Below, in pieces: positions 40,688-51,595 of a DNA stretch of 64,000 nt (the stretch's first letter is position 1; each line of letters opens with the position of its first letter). Source of the stretch: Longimicrobiales bacterium (GTDB lineage Bacteria > Gemmatimonadota > Gemmatimonadetes > Longimicrobiales > Gaopeijiaceae); the NCBI GenBank assembly GCA_965226375.1, contig CBDDCX010000008.1:1824001-1888000 (forward strand), read 5' to 3'. The notes beneath the pieces were generated by a model. It was not told where the DNA came from, did no database searches, and worked only from the letters and a program-made list of their open reading frames with translations. A program made the position numbers and the translations under genes.

Positions 40688-41269
40688 TCAGGGCCACACC
40701 AGTCGCCAGCTCTTCACGAAGGATCCGACAAGGGCTCCCCCGGCTATTCCCAACCCGGCGCCGGCCGCACCCAGTATTCCCACGGCTTCTAAGGTATTGG
40801 CCTCGCAGTCGTCGTCGTTGCAGAGCACCTCTCCGACGACTATGCCGAGCCCCGCCCCCACTATCGCGCCGATCACCCCGCCGAGGAGGGCCCCCCTGCC
40901 GATACCCGACTTGCGCACCCACAACCCCTCGATCCTCTCCACGGGCACGTGTTGAACGCCCGCATCCCGGCTCACGAGCACCTCTTCGCCCTCTATCGCC
41001 AAAAACGTACCCTCGATGCGAAACGCATCTGCACCACGCACACGCACATGGTCGCCGGGCTCGAGCTCGTTGACGATGTGAGCCTGGATCTCCCGCGAGA
41101 GCGTCGTCTGGGCTCGGGCTTGGGCGGGTACGAGGATGAGCGAAAAGAGAAGGAGACTCAGGCCGAACGCACTGCGCGGAGCCCCCCCGGACGGGCAGAC
41201 GCCACGCCATAGACGAGATGATCGCCTTCGGCTCAATCTCGACACCCGACTCACACCTCCCACCCGCAC
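40688..41269 (-). CDS. Hypothetical exported protein with glycine-zipper-like C-terminus
   Basis: Signal-like segment, GxxxG repeats, CxxxC; start uncertain. Confidence 0.6.
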   Translation of the reverse strand: MRVGGVSRVSRLSRRRSSRLWRGVCPSGGAPRSAFGLSLLLFSLILVPAQARAQTTLSREIQAHIVNELEPGDHVRVRGADAFRIEGTFLAIEGEEVLVSRDAGVQHVPVERIEGLWVRKSGIGRGALLGGVIGAIVGAGLGIVVGEVLCNDDDCEANTLEAVGILGAAGAGLGIAGGALVGSFVKSWRLVWP

Positions 41270-41283
41270 AAGAACCGTCCCGT

Positions 41284-44004
41284 TTACTCGGGCTCCACCC
41301 TCACCGCACAGACCTTCAACTCAGCCGTCTGGGTCACCGGATCATAACCCGAGCCGGTCAAGACGTTCACCGGCACGTCACTGAAGCTGAACGTCGTGAA
41401 CACGGTCCCCTTGGGAGAACGGTTGTTGGCCTGGACCTTCACTCTGACCGATCCCCGGCGGCTGGAGACGATAGCACAGCCTCCGTCCTCGAGGCCCCAC
41501 TCCTCGACATCGCTCGGGTGGACCTCCAGGACCTCCTCGGACAAGAGGTACTCGATTCCTGAAGACCGCCCTGTCTGGGTGCGGGTGTGGTACGAGGCCA
41601 GCCTGCGTCCCGTGGTGAGCCATACCGGGTAGTCGTCGTCGATGGTCTCCGCCGGATCGCGATACTCCGCGATTGCGAAGATGCCACGGCCGTTGACGAA
41701 CTCCTCTTCGTGCAGTCGGGGTGTCCCCGGATGGCCCTCGAACGGGACGGGCCACTGGTATTCGCCGTCTTCGACGCTATCCCAGGTCACCCCTTGGTAG
41801 ATAGGAGACAGCTCACAGCACTCATTGAAGACCTCGTGAGGTCCTTCGTAGTCGAACCCCTTGAAGCCCATGCGCTTCGCGAGCTGGGACGTGATCCACC
41901 AGTCGGGCATGGCCTCTCCCTGAGGCGGTACGGCCGCCCGAAGGCGCTGAATACGCCTCTCCGTGTTCGTCTGGGTCCCGTCCACCTCGGCCCAGGCCGC
42001 GGCCGGGAATACCACGTCGGCCAGCTCCGCCGTGTCGGTCATGAAGAGGTCGGTGACCACCAGGAAGTCCAGGCTCCTCAAGGCGTGCTCGCAGTGGGTG
42101 CGGTCCGGATCGGTGACGACCGTGTTTTCACCGTCGATGTACATAGCCCGGATCTGATCTCCACACATTTCCAAGGCGGTGACCTTGGTGATCCCCAGCT
42201 CGAGATCGACCTTGGTCCCCCACGCCTTCTCGAACTTTTCCTGATTGGCCGGATCGGTGACCAACTGGAACCCTGGGTAGTTGTTCGGCAGCGCGCCCAT
42301 GTCCCCGGCGCCCTGAATATTGTTCTGCCCACGCATGGGGTTTATGCCCGTTCCCTCCCGGCCGATGTTCCCCGTCAGGAGGGCGAGGTTGCACAGGCTC
42401 TGCACGTTCTCGACACCGCAGATGTGCTCGGTGATTCCGAGCGTATAGTAGATCGCCCCACGTTCGGCCCGGCCGTACAAAAGGGCCGCCTTCTCGATGT
42501 CCTCGGCCGGCACCTCGCAGATTTCCGCGGCCCACTCGGGTGTGAATCGCTCCGCGTGCTCCAGGAACTGCTCGCCTTCGGTGGTGCGGGCGGCCATGAA
42601 GGCCTCGTCCACCAAGCCCTCCCGTGCGATAACGTGCGCCATCGCCAGAAGCAACGCCGTATCGGAGCCCACCCGGATGGGCAGGAACACGTCGGCAATC
42701 TTCGCGAGGTCGATCTTCCGGGGATCGGCCACGATCATCTTGGCCCCCTTGGCCAGGGCCTTCTTCATGCCCGTGGCGGCCACGGGGTGGGTCTCCGTCA
42801 TGTTGGTCCCGATGCAGAAGATCACATCGGGTTTATCCATGTCCACCAGCGGGTTCGACATGGCGCCCCGACCAATGCTTGCCGCCAGACCGGCGACGGT
42901 AGGAGCGTGTCAGGCACGGCTACAGTTGTCGATGTAGTTGGTACCCAACCCCGCTCTCACGAACTTCTGCATCGTATAGGCGGCCTCATTGGGAGCCCGG
43001 CCCGACGCGATACCGTAGAAGCTATGGCGGCCATGTTCCGCGATGACCTTGCCCAGTGCGTCGGCGGCACGATCGAGCGCCTCGTCCCATGATGCGGGCC
43101 GGAGCTTACCGTTCTCGTCCCTCACGAACGGAGTGGCGAGACGGTCGCGATGCCCTACGAAGTCGTAGGCGTACTGACCCTTCACACACAGTGCGCCGTG
43201 GTTGGCGGGACCGTCCATAGCCGGCAGAACCCCCACGATCTCATCGCCCCTCGTCAGGACGTCGATGGAGCAGCCGACCCCGCAGTAGGTGCAGATGGTA
43301 CGTGTCTTCTCGGTGACACCAGGCACATCGACATTCGCCAAAGCCTTCAGATCGGCCAGAGCACCCGTCGGACAGGTCTGCACACACTGCCCGCAAAAGG
43401 TGCATGCCGAGTCTCTGAGCAATCCATTGAACTCCGTCGTGATCTGTGTGTCGAAGCCTCGGTTCATGACCGAGATCGCGTAGTCCCCCTCTTGCTCCGC
43501 ACATACTCGCACGCAACGGTAACACGAGATGCAATTCTCGTAGTCTCTGAGGATGAACGGGTTGGGATCGCTCGGATGGCTCGTCCCCGACTGCTTTCCT
43601 TTGAAGCGGCCGGTGCGCGCGTCATAGCGATCCAGGAGGGTACCCATCTCCTGGCTGGCGTACCCGGAGAGCCCATCCACGTCGAGGTCCCGGTTCTCCG
43701 AGGCGACCATCTCCATGAGAACACGGCGGTGCATCTGCAGCCGGCCCCCCGTGGTCTTCACCTTCATCCCGGCGGTGGCCTGTGTGGTGCATGAGGCCAC
43801 CGGGTTGCGGGCGCCCTCGAGCTCGACGATGCACATGCGGCAGCCGCCGAAGGGGTCGAGGCGGGCGTCGTAGCAGAGCGTGGGGATCTCACGCTGGTGT
43901 CGCTCCGACACCTCGTAAATGGTCTCGCCACGGGCGAAGGGCACTTCCTCGCCATCCAGGAAGAGCGTTGATTCGTCGTGAGACTTTCCGTTCGTTCCAC
44001 TCAT
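41284..44004 (-). CDS. fdhF: Selenocysteine-containing formate dehydrogenase alpha subunit (907 codons; UGA at 42910-42912)
   Basis: ORFs 42910..44004 and 41284..42861 are one frame: DNCSRA-TGA-HAPTVAGL; Fe-S motifs; PMRGQNNIQG. Confidence 0.92.
42881..42897 (-). promoter_or_regulatory. SECIS element of FDH alpha
   Basis: GUCGCC-GGUCU-GGCGGC hairpin 12 nt after the UGA, resembling the E. coli fdhF SECIS. Confidence 0.8.
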
Positions 44005-44008
44005 TCGG

Positions 44009-45670
44009 CTACCCTGTCACGTGATCGGACACTCGCTGAGGAAAGTACTTCAGCAGGCTATTCGTTATCAGTGGAGCCGCCATACCCAGGCCGCACGCAC
44101 TCGTCTCCATCATGGTCTTGCCAAGATCTACCACCTCGTCGATCCAGGGCTCCAACTCCTTGGGACCCGCCTTGCCTGCCAGTCGTTCCATGAGTCGCTG
44201 GGTGCCGATACGGCACGGGAAACACTTTCCGCACGACTCGTGGGCGAAGAACTCCATGGCCTGATGGGACACCTCGATCATGTCCCGGGTGTCGTCGAAG
44301 ACCATGATGCCGCCCGCCCCCAGAAACGAGTCCTTCGATCGGATACTCGGCTCGTCGAGCGTGACATCCAGATCTTCACCTGCGAGATAGCCGCCAGACA
44401 GTCCCGCCATGGTAACCGCCTGAATCGTACGTCCCTCGCCGACTCCCCCGGCCCACTCGTCGATGAGCTCCCCGAGTGGGAATCCCAGTGGCACCTCATA
44501 GTTGCCCGGCCGCGCCACGTCGCCCGACAGGCTGATGACCTTGGTTCCGGCCTGTTCGCCACGTCCCAGCCCCCGGTACCACTCCGCGCCGTGCCGTACG
44601 ATGGGCGCAACCGAGGCCAACGTCTCCACGTTGTTGACCACCGTGGGCAGATCCTCGAAGCCGTGCGTTACCGGATAGGGAGGCCGGTTCCGGGGAAACG
44701 GATGCTTGCCCTCCAGGCTGTTGAGGAGCGAGGTCTCCTCACCACAGATGTACGCGCCCGCCCCCCGCCGCACATATAGGTCGAACGAGAACTCGGACCC
44801 CAGAATGCTCTGACCCAGGAGGCCGGCGTCTCCGGCTTCAACCAATGCCTGAGCGAGCACACGTTCGGTCTCGGGATACTCGTAACGGAGGTATATGAAC
44901 CCTCGGGTGGCGCCCGTGGCGTAGGCCGCCAAGGCCATGCCTTCCACGATGGCGTGAGGGTCGTAGTCCATGAGACACCGGTCCTTGAAGCACCCGGGCT
45001 CTCCTTCGTCAGCGTTACAGACGATCGTCTTCGGATGCCCCTCGGCATCCGCCACCGCCTTCCACTTCACGCCAGTGGGGAATCCGGCCCCACCCCGCCC
45101 CGCGAGCCCCGAGTCGGCGATCAGCTGGACCAGCGCCTCGGGAGTCATCTCCAGGGCAGATCGAAGAGCCTCGTACCCGCCGGTGTTCTGGTACCCGTCC
45201 AAGCTGGCACGACCGGGCTGGCGGATGTCCGCAAAGACACATTCTTCGATGCCCTCCGGTGCCTCCGGAGGTAGAGGCGAGGGCCGGGATTCCAAGTCGG
45301 TGGCGGAGAGCCCCACCAGTGTGTCGTGGCCGCGAAGGACCGGAATCGGGTCGTCGCAGCGCCCCGAGCAGGGCATGGGGGTGGCGCCGTCTAGCGCTGC
45401 AAGCAGTTGCTCGGCCCCATACATCTTGCAGACGGGGCCAGTACAGACCCGCGGGGCATCGAGGCCGCCGGGCTCGCGGGCGAAATGATGGTAGAATGTG
45501 ACCGTCCCAAAGAGGTCGGCGATCGGAATACGAAGGCCCGTCGCTACGGCCTGGAGGGCCTCTTCCGACAAGTACCCATCCCGATCATGGAGGGCCTGAA
45601 GGATCGGAAGGAGCGGCGCGGGCTCGTCCTTCCACCGGTCTATGATTTCGTGTTCGTTGGTTCGGGTCAT
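44009..45670 (-). CDS. NuoE-NuoF fusion, diaphorase subunit of NAD-linked FDH
   Basis: CTGPVC..CSGRC, GRGGAGFPTG, NADEGEPG, GAYICGEET, CGKCFPCR. Confidence 0.9.
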   Translation of the reverse strand: MTRTNEHEIIDRWKDEPAPLLPILQALHDRDGYLSEEALQAVATGLRIPIADLFGTVTFYHHFAREPGGLDAPRVCTGPVCKMYGAEQLLAALDGATPMPCSGRCDDPIPVLRGHDTLVGLSATDLESRPSPLPPEAPEGIEECVFADIRQPGRASLDGYQNTGGYEALRSALEMTPEALVQLIADSGLAGRGGAGFPTGVKWKAVADAEGHPKTIVCNADEGEPGCFKDRCLMDYDPHAIVEGMALAAYATGATRGFIYLRYEYPETERVLAQALVEAGDAGLLGQSILGSEFSFDLYVRRGAGAYICGEETSLLNSLEGKHPFPRNRPPYPVTHGFEDLPTVVNNVETLASVAPIVRHGAEWYRGLGRGEQAGTKVISLSGDVARPGNYEVPLGFPLGELIDEWAGGVGEGRTIQAVTMAGLSGGYLAGEDLDVTLDEPSIRSKDSFLGAGGIMVFDDTRDMIEVSHQAMEFFAHESCGKCFPCRIGTQRLMERLAGKAGPKELEPWIDEVVDLGKTMMETSACGLGMAAPLITNSLLKYFPQRVSDHVTG

Positions 45671-45909
45671 GGAACTCGATTGTCGTCAGAAGGCGCCGGA
45701 GACAGACGGGCCTGAGGCGGTGTGCCGCCAATACGGCAGCCGCGCTGCGCTGAATGTAGGATCTCGCTGAGGGTCTCGCACCATTCCAATCGGTTTTCGC
45801 TGCAATAGCGCCATCCGCCCCCTGACTGTAAGAACTCAGCGATGCGCTCGGATGACGACACAAGCGACGCCTCGTAGGTTCCAGATCACCAAAGAGGCTC
45901 ATCTCGCCT

Positions 45910-46251
45910 GTGAGGACCTCCCACGCAATGGAATCGAACACCATGAGCCACGCCGTCAACATGTCGGCCGTACATCGGGTGGCGTCTCTCCTCAAGCGCT
46001 GGGTCCTCGGAACCCTCCAAGGAGGGATCGCCCGCGAACACCTCCCCTACTATCTGGACGAGTTCACCTTTCGCTTCAACCGACGCACATCCCGGGCTCG
46101 CGGCCTGTTGTTCTACCGCTTGCTTGAGCAGGCTGTTCAGTGTGCTCCCACGCCAGCTTCGGCCCTTTACCTCGGCACCGGACGTGGGAAACGGCCCGCA
46201 GAGCCCCGGTAACCACTATATCTTGGGGTCGGTGGACTTAAGGGAATACCC
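45910..46251 (+). mobile_element. IS1595-family (ISXO2-like) remnant: transposase C-terminus plus probable right end
   Basis: VHRVASLLKRW.LGT.QG, YLDEFTFRFNRR; ends ...GGACTTAAGGGAATACCC. Confidence 0.8.
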
Positions 46252-46707
46252 CCTCTGCCCATTCCTTCTCCAGCGCACCGAAGAGCTGTAGTGCTCGCTG
46301 CCCACGTCCTCATCGAGGTCCTGCCACTCGGCCTTTGGCTGGCAGTTCACGATGGTGGGTGGAGCAGTGCCGTCCCCTCCACTGTAGTCCACCTCGCACC
46401 AGGCGAACTGGAACACCCCGTCGAGTCCCGGGACGAAGTCGCCAGAACACGCGTCATCGGACAGATGGTTGTCTACGGTAGGCGGCAGAAAGCACATCCC
46501 CGGAGCACCTGTCCCACCTGCGTGACCGTAGTCGAAGGCGTCGCAAGGGGACAGGCCCCCACACAGATCGTCGGTGACCGGGTCACCCCCGACGTGGCTC
46601 ATCTGAATGGTGGGCGCCGTTGTGAGAGGGTCCTGCGAGCTTACGATAAGATCAGAACACGCAACAACGAACAAAGTCGCGATCGCGACGAACAGCAGTG
46701 CACGCAT
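46252..46707 (-). pseudogene. Cys-rich lipoprotein truncated by the IS1595 remnant
   Basis: VVAC lipobox, GGAGG RBS; the last residues GYSLKSTDPKI come from the IS end. Confidence 0.65.
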
Positions 46708-46919
46708 GAATCAACCTCCAGCAGGTTTTCCGGCTCTCACCGATCTCAGCTCTGGCCGCTGAGGCGAGGGCTACGCCGCAGAAGCGCGCCCGTCGGCATT
46801 GCTAGAGAGGGGGGGCCTGATTTCCGTTCTTTAGAATCTCGAACGTGGAGGCCAAAGTGCTCGTGCGCAAGCAGATAGACCGTGATCCGATCGCACCGAT
46901 TGACCACCACAGATGATCG

Positions 46920-48761
46920 TTAGTTGTTCCGATAGACGAACTGCTGGAAGTCGGGCCGAGTCCGCACCTCCCGCCACCACCAGTGAAGCTCCCCGTCGGG
47001 GCCGAGGGTGCTGCCCGGAGTCGCCGCTACCCAGCGACGCAGCACCTCGACCGCACCGTCCGGGTCGCCGGTGCTGGCTCGGATCCCCGCATCGAACACG
47101 ATGAGATTACGCTGCGGATCGACCTCCTCGCTGTGGTCCACACGCGCGAGCACACTGGAAGCACTGTCGGCCAATCCGGCGTTCCTCAGGACGCCAGCCA
47201 CCATGATCTCACCTATGCCATGCTTGAAGCGCCGGAGGGACTCGGGCACGATGGAGTCCTGTCGCGCCAGCAGGGCCCAAGCGCCATCGACGTCGGGGGT
47301 CTCTGAGGGAACCGCCATAAGCCAGAGCTGGCACTCGACGAATCTGTAGTTGTCCGGAAATCGACGGATACCCTCGTCGCACCAGTTGTTGGCGTCGCGG
47401 AACTGCTCGAGGTCGTATTGGGCGTACGCCAGGCGGTCGTAGATCCGATCCGCACCACGCAAGTAGGCATCCTCCTCCAGAGCGCGGCGGGCCTCCAGCA
47501 CTACTCCCACGTCGTCCGGAATGCCCCCGAACAGGAAACTGAGCATGCTGTGAGCGCTCGCCAGCGACGGGTCCGCCTCGACGGCGGCCTCGAGGTCGGC
47601 CTGAGCCTCCGTCAGGAGGCCCGCCACCTCCACCGGATCCGGCGTAAGAGCCAGCTGGTGCGCCAGCAACTTGATCGTGCCTCTCTGTTCCAGTGCGATC
47701 GCATCGTTTGCATCAAGCGCCAAGGCTCGACTCGCGTGCTCGAGGCCGAGATCCATCTCCCTGCCGGCGGTCTCCATATCGCCTGTGATGGCCGCGAACC
47801 AGGCCTTCCTGTAGGCGGCATGCGCCCGGGCGCCCGGCGGTTGAACCCATTGCGGGTCCGCCCTCTCGGCGATGGCAAGCAGGGAATCCGCTCGCCGGAA
47901 GGCCTGGACAGACACCCCAACCTCGCCCCCGCCCTCGAAGTTGTCCTCGGCGTCCGTGCGAAGTCGCTCCGCCCTCTGCGCCAAGGCCCACGCCTCGACA
48001 CTGGAGGTCGCCGCCCTCAACTCCCGCAGCTGCACCTCCTCGCCCAACTGCTGCCGCAAAAGCCGCGATACGCTCTCGGCCACCGAGTCGCGAGCCGCAA
48101 GGAACTCACCCGCTCCGATCTCGACGACCGTGCGCTCGATATCGGCACCGCTGAAACCATCCACCAGACGAGTCGTGATCCTCAGCTCGTCCCCGCGTTG
48201 ATCCACACTTCCGTCGATGATCGTGCCGACCCGAAGGGCCCGGGCGATGCTGTCTGCCCGGAGGTCCCCGCCCCGATAAGGCAACACACCGTTCCTGGAG
48301 ACCACGTCCAGCGATCGGACCTGATCGAGCTGATCGATCAGCGCCTCCGTAATGCCGTCGGCCACGTAGGCGAGATCCCCGCCCGAACTCACGTCCTCGA
48401 AGTAGAGGACCGCGATACTGGTCGGCCGAAGTCCGCTCTCTGCAGCGAGATCGAGGGATCGCGGCTGGTTGCGATATACCTGGACCGTCGCTACGAGCGC
48501 CAAGATCCAGATGATCGATTGCGATATGACCTCGGGTCGGGCCGCATACTGACGACCCGGAGCGCCGTGAAACCACGCGACGATGAGGCTACTCGGGATG
48601 CCGAACAGGTAAAGGACCAACGTGAGAGGGTATGCGACGGCCGGCACGAAATCGTACGAGACCACTTGATCCATCCCCTCGAGCGCCACGAACCCCGTTA
48701 CCGGGTAGGCGCCCATGAAGGGAAAGAGCCTGCGTTCCTTGATCTCGCTCAGCAACCGCAT
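46920..48761 (-). CDS. Membrane protein with TolB-N-like domain and TPR repeats
   Basis: AWFHG, SIAVLYF, ADGITEALI, GSV...LRIT, helical repeats. Confidence 0.8.
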   Translation of the reverse strand: MRLLSEIKERRLFPFMGAYPVTGFVALEGMDQVVSYDFVPAVAYPLTLVLYLFGIPSSLIVAWFHGAPGRQYAARPEVISQSIIWILALVATVQVYRNQPRSLDLAAESGLRPTSIAVLYFEDVSSGGDLAYVADGITEALIDQLDQVRSLDVVSRNGVLPYRGGDLRADSIARALRVGTIIDGSVDQRGDELRITTRLVDGFSGADIERTVVEIGAGEFLAARDSVAESVSRLLRQQLGEEVQLRELRAATSSVEAWALAQRAERLRTDAEDNFEGGGEVGVSVQAFRRADSLLAIAERADPQWVQPPGARAHAAYRKAWFAAITGDMETAGREMDLGLEHASRALALDANDAIALEQRGTIKLLAHQLALTPDPVEVAGLLTEAQADLEAAVEADPSLASAHSMLSFLFGGIPDDVGVVLEARRALEEDAYLRGADRIYDRLAYAQYDLEQFRDANNWCDEGIRRFPDNYRFVECQLWLMAVPSETPDVDGAWALLARQDSIVPESLRRFKHGIGEIMVAGVLRNAGLADSASSVLARVDHSEEVDPQRNLIVFDAGIRASTGDPDGAVEVLRRWVAATPGSTLGPDGELHWWWREVRTRPDFQQFVYRNN

Positions 48762-48998
48762 GTAGTCAGAACCCCTGGGGGCCGAGTCGACCCGACGCCA
48801 GGACCGATGCTGGCGGGGCGGACATGTGTCGGCAGATTCGCAACGAAGATGATGAGCCGCACCCCAGGGCGTGTCAACGCGAGCGAGTGATGTCCGCCAA
48901 CGATAGGCGCGGCCGCCAGGATGTCGGTTGGCGCAGCCCGATTCCGCTTCCTAAAATCCGTGTGAACCCCACCGTCCTGGCTCAAGCAGGAGATTCCA

Positions 48999-49326
48999 AT
49001 GCTCAACGTACCCGGTTTCGGAAAGACCCGGATGGTCCCCGTCACGGAAGCTCTCATCGCAACGGCGACGTCTGTCTTCGGCACGGTGGCGTTTGCCCTC
49101 GGCACTGCCGGGTTTGCCCTCGCCTCGCCCCCGCCGATCTCGCATCCCAGGAAATCCCGTCCGACACGTTGCTCACCGTCGATCACTACCTGGATTTCGA
49201 GTCCGTGGAGAATACGGGGAGTACCACGGAACGGGCAGCATCCCCTCGAACTTCATGCGGACGCAGCTCTATCTGATGAAGTGGTTCGAGGAGTGGGGGG
49301 GAAAGGAGCGGCCGGTCACGGACTGA
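48999..49326 (+). pseudogene. S9 family peptidase reduced to fused N- and C-termini
   Basis: Signal peptide plus LTVDHYLDFESVEN joined near 49213 to GEYHGTGSIPSNFMRTQLYLMKWF; extra frameshift in a C-run near 49130. Confidence 0.75.
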
Positions 49327-49333
49327 GGGGGGG

Positions 49334-49735
49334 CTAACCCCCGACGATCTCGGACAAGAGCCGCTCCGCGTACTCTTGATCCCATTGGGCCAGGTTTCGC
49401 CTCGCGGTCACCTCGAGGTGCGTTCCGCGCTCTCGAGTCTCGAGCGACACCGTGATGTCCAGTTCGTCCACCGACCCCTTGAGCGTCCGCTTATCGCCCG
49501 AGTCCTGCATGCTCTCGTCGGTGAGCTCGATTCCCATCCGCCTGAAGGCGGCACGGACTCGGCCTCTGGTGCCATTGATGTTCGACTGAAGCTCGGCTTC
49601 GGCACCCTGCGAGGTCACGTGGATCCCCGTGGCAGCCCCGGCTCCGGCGGCAGCTACGATACAGCCTGACGTCAGGCCTGCCGACAAGCCCACGACAAGC
49701 AGCGCCAGCCAGATTCGGATCGTCCTATCGCTCAT
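49334..49735 (-). CDS. DUF3568-like lipoprotein
   Basis: TSGC lipobox followed by AAAGAGAATG. Confidence 0.65.
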   Translation of the reverse strand: MSDRTIRIWLALLVVGLSAGLTSGCIVAAAGAGAATGIHVTSQGAEAELQSNINGTRGRVRAAFRRMGIELTDESMQDSGDKRTLKGSVDELDITVSLETRERGTHLEVTARRNLAQWDQEYAERLLSEIVGG

Positions 49736-49894
49736 CGAAAACCCCTCGGAATGATGGTTACCGAAGTATTCGGCCCATGCCTCACGATGTCCACGGGGAT
49801 GGGGAACTGCAAGGCTCGCGGGCCGAGGTTTCCGCGGAAACGCGGGGGCGACATCATGCTTTGGTGGGACACTACCAGGATCGGACCCCAGGCC

Positions 49895-51322
49895 TTACCG
49901 GTGCAACGCCTCGATCTGCTCGATCATCTCAGGGGCCTCGGCCGGCCCGAAGAGCCCCCCGAGAATCATGGCCGCCGCGCTTGCACACAACGCCACCACC
50001 ACCGGCGCCAGTCCGACGTCGATGACACCCAGCTGGACCAGCACGTAGACCACCGCGCCCGACGCCACCGCACCCACCCCACCTACCAGGTTGGCCTTCT
50101 TCCACCAAAGGCCGGCAACAGTCGGAACGAACAAGCTCGAGCTCAGCACCCCGACGCCTGCCGTGTAGAACTGGCTGATGAGTTCGGGCGGAGAGAACGC
50201 CCAGAACAGCGCCACGATGCCGATCACCCAGGTGGAGCCGATCCGAACGAGGCTCAGGGTCCGTTCGCTGGCCCGACCACGAAGGAATCCGCCCAGGATG
50301 TCGTGCGCGATGGCGGAGCTGCACGCCAACAGAAGCGCGTCGGTGGTCGACATGACGGCGGCCAGCACCGCCGCGACCGCGATCCCCCGTATGACCGGCG
50401 GAAACTGCATCTCCATGACCCGCAGGAAAAGCTGGTCTGGGTCCTGCAATCCCGGGAAGTCGATCCGCCCCACGGGCACGATGACCAACACCGCGGCCAG
50501 GATCATCACGCTATAGGCCAGCATGGCCAAGTTGAGCGACAGACGGGCGCTCTCGGCGTCCTTGGCCGTGTAGACCCGCATCACGATGTGGGGAATCACG
50601 GGAATCGCTGTCGCCCAAATCAGGAAATAGCCCAGATAGCTCGACACGGGTCGATTGACCACCTGCCCAAGTGCAGGCGCCACCGCCGTGGCTTGGCTCA
50701 TGATCTCGAACGGCGAGCCAATCCTCCAGATCAACACGAGGGCCGTGCCCACGACCACGATCAGCATCAGCATACCCTGGATCACGTCGGTCCAGGTGAT
50801 GGCGATCATGCCCCCGAAGGACACGTAGATGATGAACACCACCGTGGCCAACGTCAGCGAGACGTCGTAGGGAATCCCCAATAGCGCCTCGGCGGTGATA
50901 CCCGCGGCCTTGAGCTGAGCCACGATGTAGATCGTGAAAGCCGCCACGATCAGGATCGGAACCAGGTAGCGGACTATGACGTGCGGATACCGGTAGCTGA
51001 GGAAGTCGGTGATGGTGTACTTGCCGAAGTTCCGGAGCGGCTTCGCCACGAGGATGGAAGCCAACGGAAAGCCGAGCACGGCCCCGGCGAACAAGGCGAG
51101 TGTCGCTGGGATGCCCTGTGAGTAGGCGAGGCCCATGACGCCGATGATCGAGCCTCCGCTCGCGAGAGCGGCCATGATGGCCATGGAGTTCACGACGGTG
51201 CCAATGCGGCGGCCCGCCACCCAGTACTCGTCCCGGGAGCCCATGACCTTCTTGGATGCGACGATGCCGATGCCGACACAGCCGAACAGGTAGACGCCGA
51301 CGAGGATGCGCTCGAGTAGCAT
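49895..51322 (-). CDS. Sodium:solute symporter (ActP/PutP-like)
   Basis: EYWVAGRRIG, GGMIAITWTDVIQG, PHIVMRVY, AAVMSTTD. Confidence 0.9.
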   Translation of the reverse strand: MLLERILVGVYLFGCVGIGIVASKKVMGSRDEYWVAGRRIGTVVNSMAIMAALASGGSIIGVMGLAYSQGIPATLALFAGAVLGFPLASILVAKPLRNFGKYTITDFLSYRYPHVIVRYLVPILIVAAFTIYIVAQLKAAGITAEALLGIPYDVSLTLATVVFIIYVSFGGMIAITWTDVIQGMLMLIVVVGTALVLIWRIGSPFEIMSQATAVAPALGQVVNRPVSSYLGYFLIWATAIPVIPHIVMRVYTAKDAESARLSLNLAMLAYSVMILAAVLVIVPVGRIDFPGLQDPDQLFLRVMEMQFPPVIRGIAVAAVLAAVMSTTDALLLACSSAIAHDILGGFLRGRASERTLSLVRIGSTWVIGIVALFWAFSPPELISQFYTAGVGVLSSSLFVPTVAGLWWKKANLVGGVGAVASGAVVYVLVQLGVIDVGLAPVVVALCASAAAMILGGLFGPAEAPEMIEQIEALHR

Positions 51323-51522
51323 CAATCGGACCGGCGGCGCAGAAACGTCAAGAGCGCGATGGCGGGTGAGACGACCATCAGCGCCGCCATGAGCCAGCCG
51401 AAGACTACCATGCCGCCGAGTGCGATGGTGCGCCAAGCGGGGATGAACGAGAAGGCGGCGAAGACGACCAGGAAGACGAGGGTTGCGGCCTCGCCCCGTC
51501 TCATGGGGAAGAACGACTTCAC
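51322..51522 (-). CDS. Small 2-TM partner of the symporter
   Basis: Two TM helices; stop overlaps the symporter start. Confidence 0.7.
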   Translation of the reverse strand: MKSFFPMRRGEAATLVFLVVFAAFSFIPAWRTIALGGMVVFGWLMAALMVVSPAIALLTFLRRRSD

Positions 51523-51595
51523 GGGCGGTTCACGCTGGTGCGGCGATCATGGAATTGGTCATGGGCGACAAGATGCAGTCCAAACCCGGAGGTGC

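Noticed and set aside
41284..44004. FDH as a split gene or pseudogene
   Set aside because: The stop is an in-frame UGA at the catalytic position with a SECIS hairpin
45667..45861. 64-aa ORF or Moco riboswitch upstream of fdh
   Set aside because: No recognisable motif or RNA structure; abuts an IS scar
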